Source: Candidatus Calditenuaceae archaeon
GTDB lineage: Archaea > Thermoproteota > Nitrososphaeria_A > Caldarchaeales > Calditenuaceae
Assembly (NCBI GenBank): GCA_025058225.1
Contig: JANXEE010000019.1
Location: 1,938 to 65,937 of the forward strand
Length of the DNA: 64,000 bases
Direction: 5' to 3'
The notes beneath the pieces were generated by a model that saw only the letters and a program-made list of their open reading frames with translations, did not search any database and was not told the origin of the DNA. Made by a program: the position numbers and the translations under genes. Positions 56,231-64,000 of this stretch are shown here, one piece after another (positions within the stretch are counted from its first letter, which is position 1; each line of letters opens with the position of its first letter).

Positions 56231-56659
56231 TTGGGCAACGGTGAGTTCGCGGCGAGGACGCTGATCAAGACCAGACGGAGGTTCAGGTGGAGCTATCGAC
56301 CTTACAGGTCGAAGATGATGCAGCTCAAGGAGAAGTACGACCCGCTCGAGGGCGCGCCTATGGCCAGAGGGATCGTCCTCGAGAAGAAGGGGATAGAGTC
56401 CAGGCAGCCCAACAGCGCTGTCAGGAAGTGCGTGAGGGTCCAGCTGATCAAGAACGGAAAGGTCATCACCGCCTTCTGCCCTGGAGACGGTTCCCTGAAC
56501 GTCATCGACGAGCACGACGAGGTCCTCGTGCAGGGGATCGGTGGAACGCTAGGCAAGTCCTACGGAGACCTGCCCGGCGTGAGGTACGAGGTCTTCATGG
56601 TCAACGGCGTGCCGCTCAAGCTCCTCGTCATCGGAAAGGTGAAGAAGCCGAAGCGCTGA
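56231..56659 (+). CDS. rps12: 30S ribosomal protein S12 (uS12)
   Basis: [29 protein letters not shown]...LPGVRY is the universal uS12 signature. The start is TTG. Confidence 0.9.
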   Translation: MGNGEFAARTLIKTRRRFRWSYRPYRSKMMQLKEKYDPLEGAPMARGIVLEKKGIESRQPNSAVRKCVRVQLIKNGKVITAFCPGDGSLNVIDEHDEVLVQGIGGTLGKSYGDLPGVRYEVFMVNGVPLKLLVIGKVKKPKR

Positions 56660-56668
56660 CTTTCTCTA

Positions 56669-56673
56669 TTTTT
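56669..56673 (+). terminator. T5 tract 10 nt after the rps12 stop
   Basis: The sequence is CTATTTTTAACG. It overlaps the recurrent AT-rich element described in the findings. Confidence 0.35.
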
Positions 56674-56819
56674 AACGTAGTTCATAAAATTCATGAAAAA
56701 CGTTGTGTGTATATCTGGTCATAACACCGTTCACCCCGTTAAACTGTGATAACAACAATATATACTGTTAGAAGCAGCAATAACATCGATTTTATATTAT
56801 AACTGCCAGATTTGTATCA

Positions 56820-58247
56820 GTGGGGATACCCTTGCGGAAAAAGTTGTTGAAGGGGGTAATCCCCGTCATGATAGGAATACTGATAGCTCTAATACCGCGG
56901 CCTCCGGGATTAGAGCTCAACGCCTGGATATACTTCGCCCTTTTCGCGGCCGTTATCGCAGGACTGGTTCTCGAGCCGCTGCCTGCGGCAGCGATAGGAG
57001 TGATAGGAGTCGTCGCTGCAACGGTCTCTGGTCTCGTCTTCCCGAAGCCTGGCGACGCGATAAGGTGGGCTCTGTCGGGGTTCTCAAACACGGTGGTCTG
57101 GCTGATTTTCACGGCGTTCCTGTTCGCGTACGGTTACAATAAGACCGGCCTCGGAAAGAGGATCTCGCTGTACTTCATCAAGCATCTCGGCGGGAGGACT
57201 CTGGGGTTGGCCTACGCGATAAGCCTCAGCGATTTGGCACTCGCGCCCTTCATGCCATCCAACACCGCCAGAGGCGGAGGCACGATCTACCCGATCATAT
57301 CGAACATACCGCCCATGTACGGCTCAAGACCGGGCGACGGCACCGAGAGGAAGATCGGGGCATACATCATGTGGAACGCATTCGCGGTTAACTGCGTGAC
57401 CAGCAGCATGTTTATCACCGCGCTGGCGCCGAACCTGCTGGTCGTTTCACTCGCCGCGGCACAGAAGATCACCCTCGAGTGGCTCCCTTGGTTCATTGGT
57501 TTCGCGCCGGTAGGGCTGTTGCTGATAGGGACCGTACCGATTATCACTTACCTCATTTATCCGCCGGAGGTAAAGGTCTCGCCCGAGGTGCCGCGCTGGG
57601 CTTCAGAGGAGCTGGGTAAGCTGGGTAAGTTGTCCGTGAAGGAGCTGGTATTCCTCGGAGGCGTCGTCCTCGCCCTGATCCTGTGGACCATAGGCTCCGA
57701 TTACATAGATGCGACGGCCACAGCCCTGCTCGTAGTCTCGATAATGCTGGTCGCCGGGATTTTCGAATGGCGCGATATCCTCTCTAACACAGCCGCTTGG
57801 AACGTGCTTGTCTGGTTCGGAACCTTGGTAACGTTAGCCGACGGTCTAGCTAGGGTCGGGTTTGTGAAGTACGCCGCTGGAGAGTTCACCAAGCTCATCG
57901 GCGGCCTCGATCCGACGGTAGTGCTCGTCCTGATCTTGCTCTTCTACTACTTCATCCACTACGCCTTCGCGAGCATCACCGCCCACGTTACCGCTGTCTT
58001 CCCCGTCATCATTACGGTCCTCCTCACCTTCTTCAGTCAACATCCCCTATTAGCGGCGTTTGCTGTTGCCTATACCCACGGCATCATGGGGGTCATCTCG
58101 CCGTACGCGACCGGACCTGCTCCGATCTTCTACGGCAGCGGTTACATCAAGGGCTCGGACTTCTGGAGGTTAGGTTTCATATACGGACTCATTTACATAA
58201 TCTTTCTGATAGCAATAGGGCTGCCGTGGTTATCGGTTATTTACTAA
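56820..58247 (+). CDS. DASS-family anion (di/tricarboxylate):Na+ symporter
   Basis: 475 aa with the hairpin motif PSNTARGGGTIYPI and a second repeat SPYATGPAPIFYGSGY. The start is GTG. Confidence 0.85.
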   Translation: MGIPLRKKLLKGVIPVMIGILIALIPRPPGLELNAWIYFALFAAVIAGLVLEPLPAAAIGVIGVVAATVSGLVFPKPGDAIRWALSGFSNTVVWLIFTAFLFAYGYNKTGLGKRISLYFIKHLGGRTLGLAYAISLSDLALAPFMPSNTARGGGTIYPIISNIPPMYGSRPGDGTERKIGAYIMWNAFAVNCVTSSMFITALAPNLLVVSLAAAQKITLEWLPWFIGFAPVGLLLIGTVPIITYLIYPPEVKVSPEVPRWASEELGKLGKLSVKELVFLGGVVLALILWTIGSDYIDATATALLVVSIMLVAGIFEWRDILSNTAAWNVLVWFGTLVTLADGLARVGFVKYAAGEFTKLIGGLDPTVVLVLILLFYYFIHYAFASITAHVTAVFPVIITVLLTFFSQHPLLAAFAVAYTHGIMGVISPYATGPAPIFYGSGYIKGSDFWRLGFIYGLIYIIFLIAIGLPWLSVIY

Positions 58248-58315
58248 AGATAGAAATCTGAATTTTTTGGGCGTTTATAGAGAGATAGTCCGTCAGCGAA
58301 CAGGGATTATCACCT

Positions 58316-59641
58316 TCATAGTCCCAGAACCGCTCCGATCACGTAGCCCGCGGCTAACAGCGAACCTGTGGTGGCGACGTTGCGTATGTTCAATGCCATC
58401 GCGGGGATCATTGCGTACTGGATCCCAAAGGTCTCTGAAACCATCCTGTGGACCCTCACTGCCATGGGGATCGTGATCAGCGCGATCAGGACCGTCGGCG
58501 GGCCGAGCCTCAGGACGGGGATCAGGGCGGTGGAGGCGTAGGCGGCCGCGTAGAAGACCGCGAGGAGCCTCAGCGCACTCTCTTTAGAGATCCTCGTGAC
58601 GAGGTGCATTTTGCCGGCGACCTTGTCGAAGGGTGCGTCGGGTATCTCGTTTACGTATAGGATCAGCATGATCAGCGTTCCTATCGGGATAGATGCGAGG
58701 AGGGCGTCGAAGGAGAACCTCTGCGTCTGGACGAAGTACGTGCCCAGCACGATCACGGGCCCGAACCCGGTTCCGACCGCCAGCTCGCCCAGCCCCCTGT
58801 ACGCCAGCTTTAGCGGCGGCGCGGTGTAGAAGTACACCAGGAATAGCCCGACTGCCATCAGCCCGAGTACCTCTACTAGGCCCCTCGTGAAGGCGAGGTA
58901 GAGCCCGATGGCCGATCCGGCGGCGAGGAGCGAGGTGAAGAGCGCCCTCGCCCCGGACCTCGAGATGAGACCGTAGAGTATCGCCCTGGACCCACCGCTG
59001 AACGGTGTCGGCCTTCTGTTGGCGGGGTCTGCCCCAAGCACCGTGTCGAAGTAGTCGTTCGCGACGTTCAGTCCCATGTGGATGAACGCTAGCCCGACGA
59101 AGGTCAGCAGCAGGAGCAGAGGGTCGAATAGCCCGTGATAGTAAGCGACAGCGGCTCCGATGGCGGTCGGTACGGCAGTCGCTATCAGGAACGGCAGCCT
59201 GACCACCCTGAAGACGGTCCAGAACGCGCCGATGCGGGGCTTGAAATCGACACCGAGCCGTAATCCCAGTCGCTCGAGATAACCCTTGGCCCTAGCTGTA
59301 GAGACCTCCACGTACTCCGGAAACGGAACCTCCTTCTCGTTCCACCTGTAAGTCCGCTCAACGTCAACCTCGATGCCGTCATCGACGGAGCGCGCAACGC
59401 CCCGGATCAGGACGTACCTCCTGTCTGTGTAACCACCACCAGGTACAGGGGTTATGTGGTTCAGGATGAGGCTGACCTTCTTCCCCGATATCGAAGCACC
59501 CATGAATCCTTTCGGGAGGTCAACCCTGAAAGATCCGTCCTCCAACCTCACCCTGGCGGGGATCGTCACCGGATAGCCCTCGTCGTCGACGAACGAGACC
59601 GAGACCTGCTCGTACTCCTGAAGGGAGCTCGCGCTGATCAC
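58316..59641 (-). CDS. PNPOx-like split-barrel domain fused to MenA-type (UbiA family) prenyltransferase
   Basis: The N-terminal about 140 aa are soluble and beta-rich (VSFVDDEGYPVTIPARV...). Eight to nine TM segments follow, with NVANDYFDTVLGAD and YVNEIPDAPFDKVAGK Asp-rich motifs typical of DHNA prenyltransferase. Confidence 0.8.
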   Translation of the reverse strand: MISASSLQEYEQVSVSFVDDEGYPVTIPARVRLEDGSFRVDLPKGFMGASISGKKVSLILNHITPVPGGGYTDRRYVLIRGVARSVDDGIEVDVERTYRWNEKEVPFPEYVEVSTARAKGYLERLGLRLGVDFKPRIGAFWTVFRVVRLPFLIATAVPTAIGAAVAYYHGLFDPLLLLLTFVGLAFIHMGLNVANDYFDTVLGADPANRRPTPFSGGSRAILYGLISRSGARALFTSLLAAGSAIGLYLAFTRGLVEVLGLMAVGLFLVYFYTAPPLKLAYRGLGELAVGTGFGPVIVLGTYFVQTQRFSFDALLASIPIGTLIMLILYVNEIPDAPFDKVAGKMHLVTRISKESALRLLAVFYAAAYASTALIPVLRLGPPTVLIALITIPMAVRVHRMVSETFGIQYAMIPAMALNIRNVATTGSLLAAGYVIGAVLGL

Positions 59642-60132
59642 CCACGCTCACCCCTCAACGAGTACTTCTCCGGTTCAGTAGACATCGGGTCCTCTCTCCA
59701 AACTATAGCCTCCTCCGGCGTGACCTCGATCACCGCCCTTTCCCAGAACAGGGGAAACGCGAACCTCTGCTTGAGGAATGCGTCTATGTATGGCTCCTTC
59801 TTCCTCCAGAGCGGCAGCAACCGCATCCAGCCCTCGCTCAAGTTGCGGTCATCAACCCGAGCCCTCCCCTTGACGGTGACCGCCTTCACACCGCCAGCCC
59901 TCATGTACTCGCTCACCGAGAAGTGCACCGAGACCTTTGGGTTCCTCTTGATGTGCTCTAACTTCTTACTGAAGAGCACACTTGACGTGAAGTAGATCCG
60001 CCCGGACCCTCTTTCGTAAAGCGGCAGCATGGGATGGGTCACTGGTTCTGACCTCTCGTTGAGCGTTGTCAGAAGTGCCACAAGGGCGTTCTCAAAGACC
60101 TCCTCGACCTCTGGAGGAACAGACGCCCCCAT
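59638..60132 (-). CDS. pyridoxamine 5'-phosphate oxidase-like FMN-binding family protein
   Basis: 164 aa with the split-barrel pattern ALLTTLNERSEPVTHPM...RIYFTSSVLFSKKLEHIKRNPKVSV. Its stop overlaps the downstream start by 4 nt. Confidence 0.7.
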   Translation of the reverse strand: MGASVPPEVEEVFENALVALLTTLNERSEPVTHPMLPLYERGSGRIYFTSSVLFSKKLEHIKRNPKVSVHFSVSEYMRAGGVKAVTVKGRARVDDRNLSEGWMRLLPLWRKKEPYIDAFLKQRFAFPLFWERAVIEVTPEEAIVWREDPMSTEPEKYSLRGERG

Positions 60133-60234
60133 CGCGGCTACACCTTAAACCCATTCTATATACGTTACTAAACACGCCGGAGCTGTTGCCGGTGACGGAG
60201 GGCAGGTTAAAATTTCGGCTATCCCTAAATTTAG

Positions 60235-60675
60235 TTGATGCCTAAACCCTTCAGACTGGCCCCGGCACGAGACAGGTATCTGGCTGCAATTTACAGCTTC
60301 GAGGAGGACGGCAAGGACACCACGACAGGGTCTCTCGCCAAGACGCTAGAGGTCACACCTGCCAGCGTCTCGGAGGCCTTGAAGTTCCTCGAGTCGAAGA
60401 AACTGGTGGAGAGGAAGAGCTGGGGTAAGTACGTGCTCAGCCAACGCGGACGGGCTGTCGCAATGAGGATGTTCCACAATCACAGGGTCCTAGAGACCTA
60501 TTTCGCGTCGGTTCTGGGACTGAAGGAGGACGTCGCTTGTGAAGAGGCCTCGAAGATCGACGCGGTCGTCGGCGACGAGCTAATCTCGAGGATGTGCAAG
60601 GCTCTCTCCTGGCCGAGCGTCTGCTTTCATGGACGGCCGATACATCACACCGTTTGCAGAGGTGATAACAGATGA
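60235..60675 (+). CDS. DtxR/MntR-family metal-dependent transcriptional repressor
   Basis: The wHTH reads YLAAIYSFEEDGKDTTTGSLAKTLEVTPASVSEALKFLESKKLV, followed by the dimerisation/metal region HNHRVLETYF. The likely ATG is at 60238. Confidence 0.85.
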   Translation: MMPKPFRLAPARDRYLAAIYSFEEDGKDTTTGSLAKTLEVTPASVSEALKFLESKKLVERKSWGKYVLSQRGRAVAMRMFHNHRVLETYFASVLGLKEDVACEEASKIDAVVGDELISRMCKALSWPSVCFHGRPIHHTVCRGDNR

Positions 60676-61616
60676 GGTCGCCCCGACCGTCTACCGTTGC
60701 AGCAATACTGTTGGTCGCAGTAGCTGTGATGCTGGCCGTCGGTGCCCCCCTCATGGTTCGGACGATCGAGACGCAGGCTGGAACGGGCATGACAGTAGCT
60801 GTTTCCATAGGGGTATTGGGGGAGATCGTTCACAGACTGTCTGATGGGTCGATAGAGGTACAAGTCATCATCCCTCCGGACTCTGACCCCCATCACTGGG
60901 AACCGACTCCGCGGGACATCGAGAAGGTAAGGCGGTCGGTCCTCGTTTTAATAGTGATGAAGTCCTTCGATGGTAGAATATCGGACCTCGTGAGGGCAGC
61001 GGGATCCAATGCCAAGGTCGTTGAAGTGTCTTCTCATCCGAGGATCAGAACTCTGACCTCGAACGGGGCCCTCGATCCGCACGTTTGGCTATCGTTGAGA
61101 AACTACGCAGAGATCGTGGACGTGATTGCGTCCGAATTGAGATCAGCTTTCCCTGACCTGTCGGAGAGGATAGCTTTGAGGGCTGAGAAGCTGAAGGACG
61201 AGGTATTGGAGCTATACAGGGAGTACTCGAACAAGTTCGAGAAGCACAGAGGCAAAGTCTTCGTAACAAGGCACCTCGCGTTCAGGTATTTAGCGGATGA
61301 TTTCGGGTTGAGAAACCTCGCTCTCACGGGCATCGAGAGCGAGGAGCCTACGGCTAGATGGTTGGCGATACTTAGGGAGGAGATCCTTAGGAACAACGTC
61401 AGGGTAATTTACACGGAACCGGTCTCAGGACACATTCACGACAACGAGCAGGCGTCGGATGAGATGATCAAGAGGTTCGCGGAGGATCTGGGTCTAAAGG
61501 TGAAGGTGCTCGACCCTCTGGAATCCTTGTCCATTAAGGACGCAATCAGGGGTCATGGATATCTGGTGGTGATGAGGGAGAACCTCGAAGCGGTGCTCGA
61601 GGGCTTCACGCCTTGA
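60672..61616 (+). CDS. ABC metal (Zn/Mn) substrate-binding protein, ZnuA/TroA family
   Basis: N-terminal anchor, with DPHHWEP, DPHVWLS and HLAFRYLADDFGL motifs. It is joined to the repressor by an ATGA overlap. Confidence 0.85.
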   Translation: MRSPRPSTVAAILLVAVAVMLAVGAPLMVRTIETQAGTGMTVAVSIGVLGEIVHRLSDGSIEVQVIIPPDSDPHHWEPTPRDIEKVRRSVLVLIVMKSFDGRISDLVRAAGSNAKVVEVSSHPRIRTLTSNGALDPHVWLSLRNYAEIVDVIASELRSAFPDLSERIALRAEKLKDEVLELYREYSNKFEKHRGKVFVTRHLAFRYLADDFGLRNLALTGIESEEPTARWLAILREEILRNNVRVIYTEPVSGHIHDNEQASDEMIKRFAEDLGLKVKVLDPLESLSIKDAIRGHGYLVVMRENLEAVLEGFTP

Positions 61617-62374
61617 CATCGGTCGTTGAGGTAAGAGACCTAGCGGTTTCATACGCCACAGGAACCTTCGTGGTCCAGAACGTGAGCTTCGACGTCCGAA
61701 GGGGCGAAGTCGCTTACATCCTCGGCCCCAACGGAGGTGGAAAAACTACAATCCTCAAGGCCTTGATAGGAGCCGTGAAGCCCTCGAAGGGCACCGTGAA
61801 GCTCTTCGGTAAGGACATCAAGGAGTTCAAGGAGTGGTGGAGAATAGGGTACGTTCCGCAGAACGCGCCTGCAACTCTCTCTAAGATGGCTGTGAGCGTC
61901 GACGAGCTACTGAAGGCGATCTCCTTCAGCGGGCGGAGATCTGTCGACAGAGTTGAAGTTTTGAAGCTTGTCGGTTTCCAAGACGCAACGAACTTGCTGA
62001 GGAGGCCCCTCTTCAGCCTCTCCGGGGGTGAGTTCCAGAGGGTGGTGATAGCCGCGGCCCTCATCAACAGCCCAGAACTCCTCCTTCTCGACGAGCCAAC
62101 GACCTACGTCGACCCGACCGGAATCTCTAAGGTGATGGAACTGGTGTGGCACCTCAACAGGGACTTTGGGATGACCATTCTCATGGTTACTCATGACGTC
62201 TCCGTGATCGGATACAGGGACGCAAGGGTTCTATGCGTGAACCGAGATAGGTTCTATACCGGTCTGCTGGAGGACCTGATGTCGTCGGAGGAGTTGTGCA
62301 GGGTCTACGGTTTTCACGTCTACACGGTTGGGCACTCTTGGATGCCTAGCGAGCGAGGTCCTGCTGACGGTTAG
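61613..62374 (+). CDS. ABC transporter ATP-binding protein (ZnuC-like)
   Basis: Walker A is GPNGGGKTT, the signature is LSGGEFQR and Walker B is LLLLDEP. The start is TTG, overlapping the upstream stop. Confidence 0.9.
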   Translation: MTSVVEVRDLAVSYATGTFVVQNVSFDVRRGEVAYILGPNGGGKTTILKALIGAVKPSKGTVKLFGKDIKEFKEWWRIGYVPQNAPATLSKMAVSVDELLKAISFSGRRSVDRVEVLKLVGFQDATNLLRRPLFSLSGGEFQRVVIAAALINSPELLLLDEPTTYVDPTGISKVMELVWHLNRDFGMTILMVTHDVSVIGYRDARVLCVNRDRFYTGLLEDLMSSEELCRVYGFHVYTVGHSWMPSERGPADG

Positions 62375-63095
62375 CGACCCATCGGCCGAGCTCCTTCAAG
62401 GTCCATCGCTCGACCGCCTCATCGATATCGCTCGACTTCATCAGGAGGTCATAAAATTTTGAGTGCTCATGGACAGCGCGACGAAGCTCGTCCTCAGTCA
62501 GCCTCCCCTTGCGATACAGCCTTACCATACGGACTAGCGGCGGATAAACCACCGGAAACCCCGCATAACGAACCTCTTCGAACCTCATGTTCCCCTCTCT
62601 CAACAGCGTGAAGTACCTCATCGGCGTGGTCACCAGCAGTACGCTCCCGCCACCTATCGCGTCTCTAATCGAATAATCCGTCTCTTTGACCTCCACCGAT
62701 CTCGAGAGCTGGCCGAGGACGCCGAACCACTCATCGGCCTCGATCTTACCGCTCACCCTGAATCTCAGCGTTAGACTGGCGACCTTGAGACCAAGCTCGT
62801 AGTCGACCTCAGCCTGCGCACGCGGCATGAGACCCCTAACCTCCCCCGTGTAGTTGAGCTTCCTCAGGGCCTTCAGGAATCGGAGATGCGGCCATACGGA
62901 GGTCCTCGTCACATCTGAAGCATCACGGAAGAGCGACTCGTCGCCATAGCGAAGGTACGCGTTGCAGAGCTCACCGCCCTCGTCGGTGACCTCGAGGAAG
63001 AGCACAGTGTGCTCAAGAAGCATGCAGAGGTCCGCTGCCTCAAAAGCACCCATCAGTCGCGGCGTCCTCACGATCAGCTTTACCATTCCAGTCAT
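62346..63095 (-). CDS. hypothetical protein
   Basis: 249-aa ORF with no recognisable motif. Its start overlaps the stop of the upstream M50 protease gene by 4 nt. Confidence 0.5.
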   Translation of the reverse strand: MTGMVKLIVRTPRLMGAFEAADLCMLLEHTVLFLEVTDEGGELCNAYLRYGDESLFRDASDVTRTSVWPHLRFLKALRKLNYTGEVRGLMPRAQAEVDYELGLKVASLTLRFRVSGKIEADEWFGVLGQLSRSVEVKETDYSIRDAIGGGSVLLVTTPMRYFTLLREGNMRFEEVRYAGFPVVYPPLVRMVRLYRKGRLTEDELRRAVHEHSKFYDLLMKSSDIDEAVERWTLKELGRWVANRQQDLAR

Positions 63096-64000
63096 CCGAC
63101 GAGGACATATGGGAGGAGGATTATCGACAGAAGCATCGAAAGGAAGAACAGAGAGACAGCGGTCGTGATGGTGATCACGATTCCCGATCTATCGCCGGAC
63201 CTCAGCAGAGTAGACAGCGTTTTCCTGACCGCTTGACCACCGTCCAAGGGGTAGATCGGCAGAGCGTTGAAGATCGCGACGTTGATGTTCACGAACCACA
63301 TCCAGTACAGAGCGTTGCTGACAGCCGCGTAGCTCCCCCCGAGGACGGGATGGGTGAAGAGCGAGCTGATGGTCCTGCATCTCTCGACCGAGTCTCCAGT
63401 CACAAAACACGCCTCGACTTCAGAGAACGGATATACGACGACGTTGAAGGTTGGCGGTGCGAAAAAGGCGAGCGGATTCGAGGTGGTGATGCGCCTGTAC
63501 CTCTCCAGAACCTCGGCCGCTAGGATGTGAAAGTCGGCCTCCCTTATCAGCACACCTATTCCAGGACGGCCGCCGCCGATGTCTGCGAGTGTCAGAGATA
63601 CGGTCAGGAAGTTACCGTCCCTGATCACCCCTAACTCCACCTTCCCCCCGATTCCGATTGACGCGAACGCGTTGGAGAGCTGCAACACGCTGTTGACGGG
63701 AACACCGTTTACGGAGTTGATTTGGTCGTTCGGCCTGAGCCCTGCAGCGCTGGCAGGTCCACCCTCCATGACAGACTCGATCTCCAGCGGCAGAGAGACC
63801 GTCACGGAACTTGCAATAGCGACCATCGCGACGAGTGAGGCGATCGCAACGACCGCGTTCGACGTCGGGCCAGCCGACAGTATCTTGAGGACTTCCCTAA
63901 GTCTGCCCTGACGCATCTCGCTGTCCTCCGTCTCGACGAAAGCACCGATCGGTATTCCGAGGAAGAGGATCAGTCCGGTCGACTTCACCGTGTAACCGTA
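63092..64000 (-). CDS. site-2 protease (M50 family) with PDZ domain, 5' end beyond window
   Basis: The frame stays open to nt 64000. It has the PDZ stretch GGPASAAGLRPNDQINSVNGVPV and the C-terminal motif NINVAIFNALPIYPLDGGQ. The HExxH region must lie upstream of the window. Confidence 0.75.
   Translation of the reverse strand, partial: YGYTVKSTGLILFLGIPIGAFVETEDSEMRQGRLREVLKILSAGPTSNAVVAIASLVAMVAIASSVTVSLPLEIESVMEGGPASAAGLRPNDQINSVNGVPVNSVLQLSNAFASIGIGGKVELGVIRDGNFLTVSLTLADIGGGRPGIGVLIREADFHILAAEVLERYRRITTSNPLAFFAPPTFNVVVYPFSEVEACFVTGDSVERCRTISSLFTHPVLGGSYAAVSNALYWMWFVNINVAIFNALPIYPLDGGQAVRKTLSTLLRSGDRSGIVITITTAVSLFFLSMLLSIILLPYVLVG

Noticed and set aside
56075-56515. 147-aa N-terminal extension of the Nramp-like ORF (track start 56515).
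   Set aside because: The extension is Arg/Pro/Leu-rich with no TM segments and runs across the rps12 promoter and 5' end. A TATA-like box sits at the right distance from the internal ATG at 56074, where homology begins.

Overview
A 64-kb chromosomal segment from a GC-rich archaeon. Archaeal markers are proteasome alpha, ribosomal proteins L44e/S27e/S12, aIF2-alpha, Nop10, PriL, Hjc, archaemetzincin and CCA-less tRNAs. An RPC34/TFE-beta-like wHTH-4Cys protein suggests the TACK group. About 60 densely packed genes are visible, many with ATGA/GTGA start-stop overlaps and TATA-like boxes 22-32 nt upstream of start codons. Two tRNAs are present: Val-UAC and Ile-GAU. I saw no rRNA, CRISPR array, transposase, integrase or recognisable defence system. 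Three functional themes stand out. (1) Acetate/C2 assimilation: two Acs-family synthetases, an SSS permease with its DUF4212 partner, a large crenarchaeal-type malate synthase and a DASS dicarboxylate carrier. (2) Aerobic respiration: CuA subunit II plus a fused subunit I+III oxidase, heme O synthase, a membrane-anchored cupredoxin and a MenA-type prenyltransferase. (3) Housekeeping: CDC48, RtcB, carAB, guaA, ilvC. The most unusual items are these. An operon couples the acetate-type permease to a CBS/DUF294 nucleotidyltransferase and a DEDDh exonuclease, with a sharp low-GC patch over the transferase core. A diverged pair of His/Trp-rich 12-TM proteins of unknown function brackets a ten-gene segment and shares a 59/60-nt identical tract. 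A PNPOx-like domain is fused to MenA. An Nramp-like carrier lacks the canonical metal motif and is translationally coupled to an SDR. The nop10 gene has a non-canonical 3' half next to homopolymer runs. All functional calls rest on motif recognition in the supplied translations; no database search was run.
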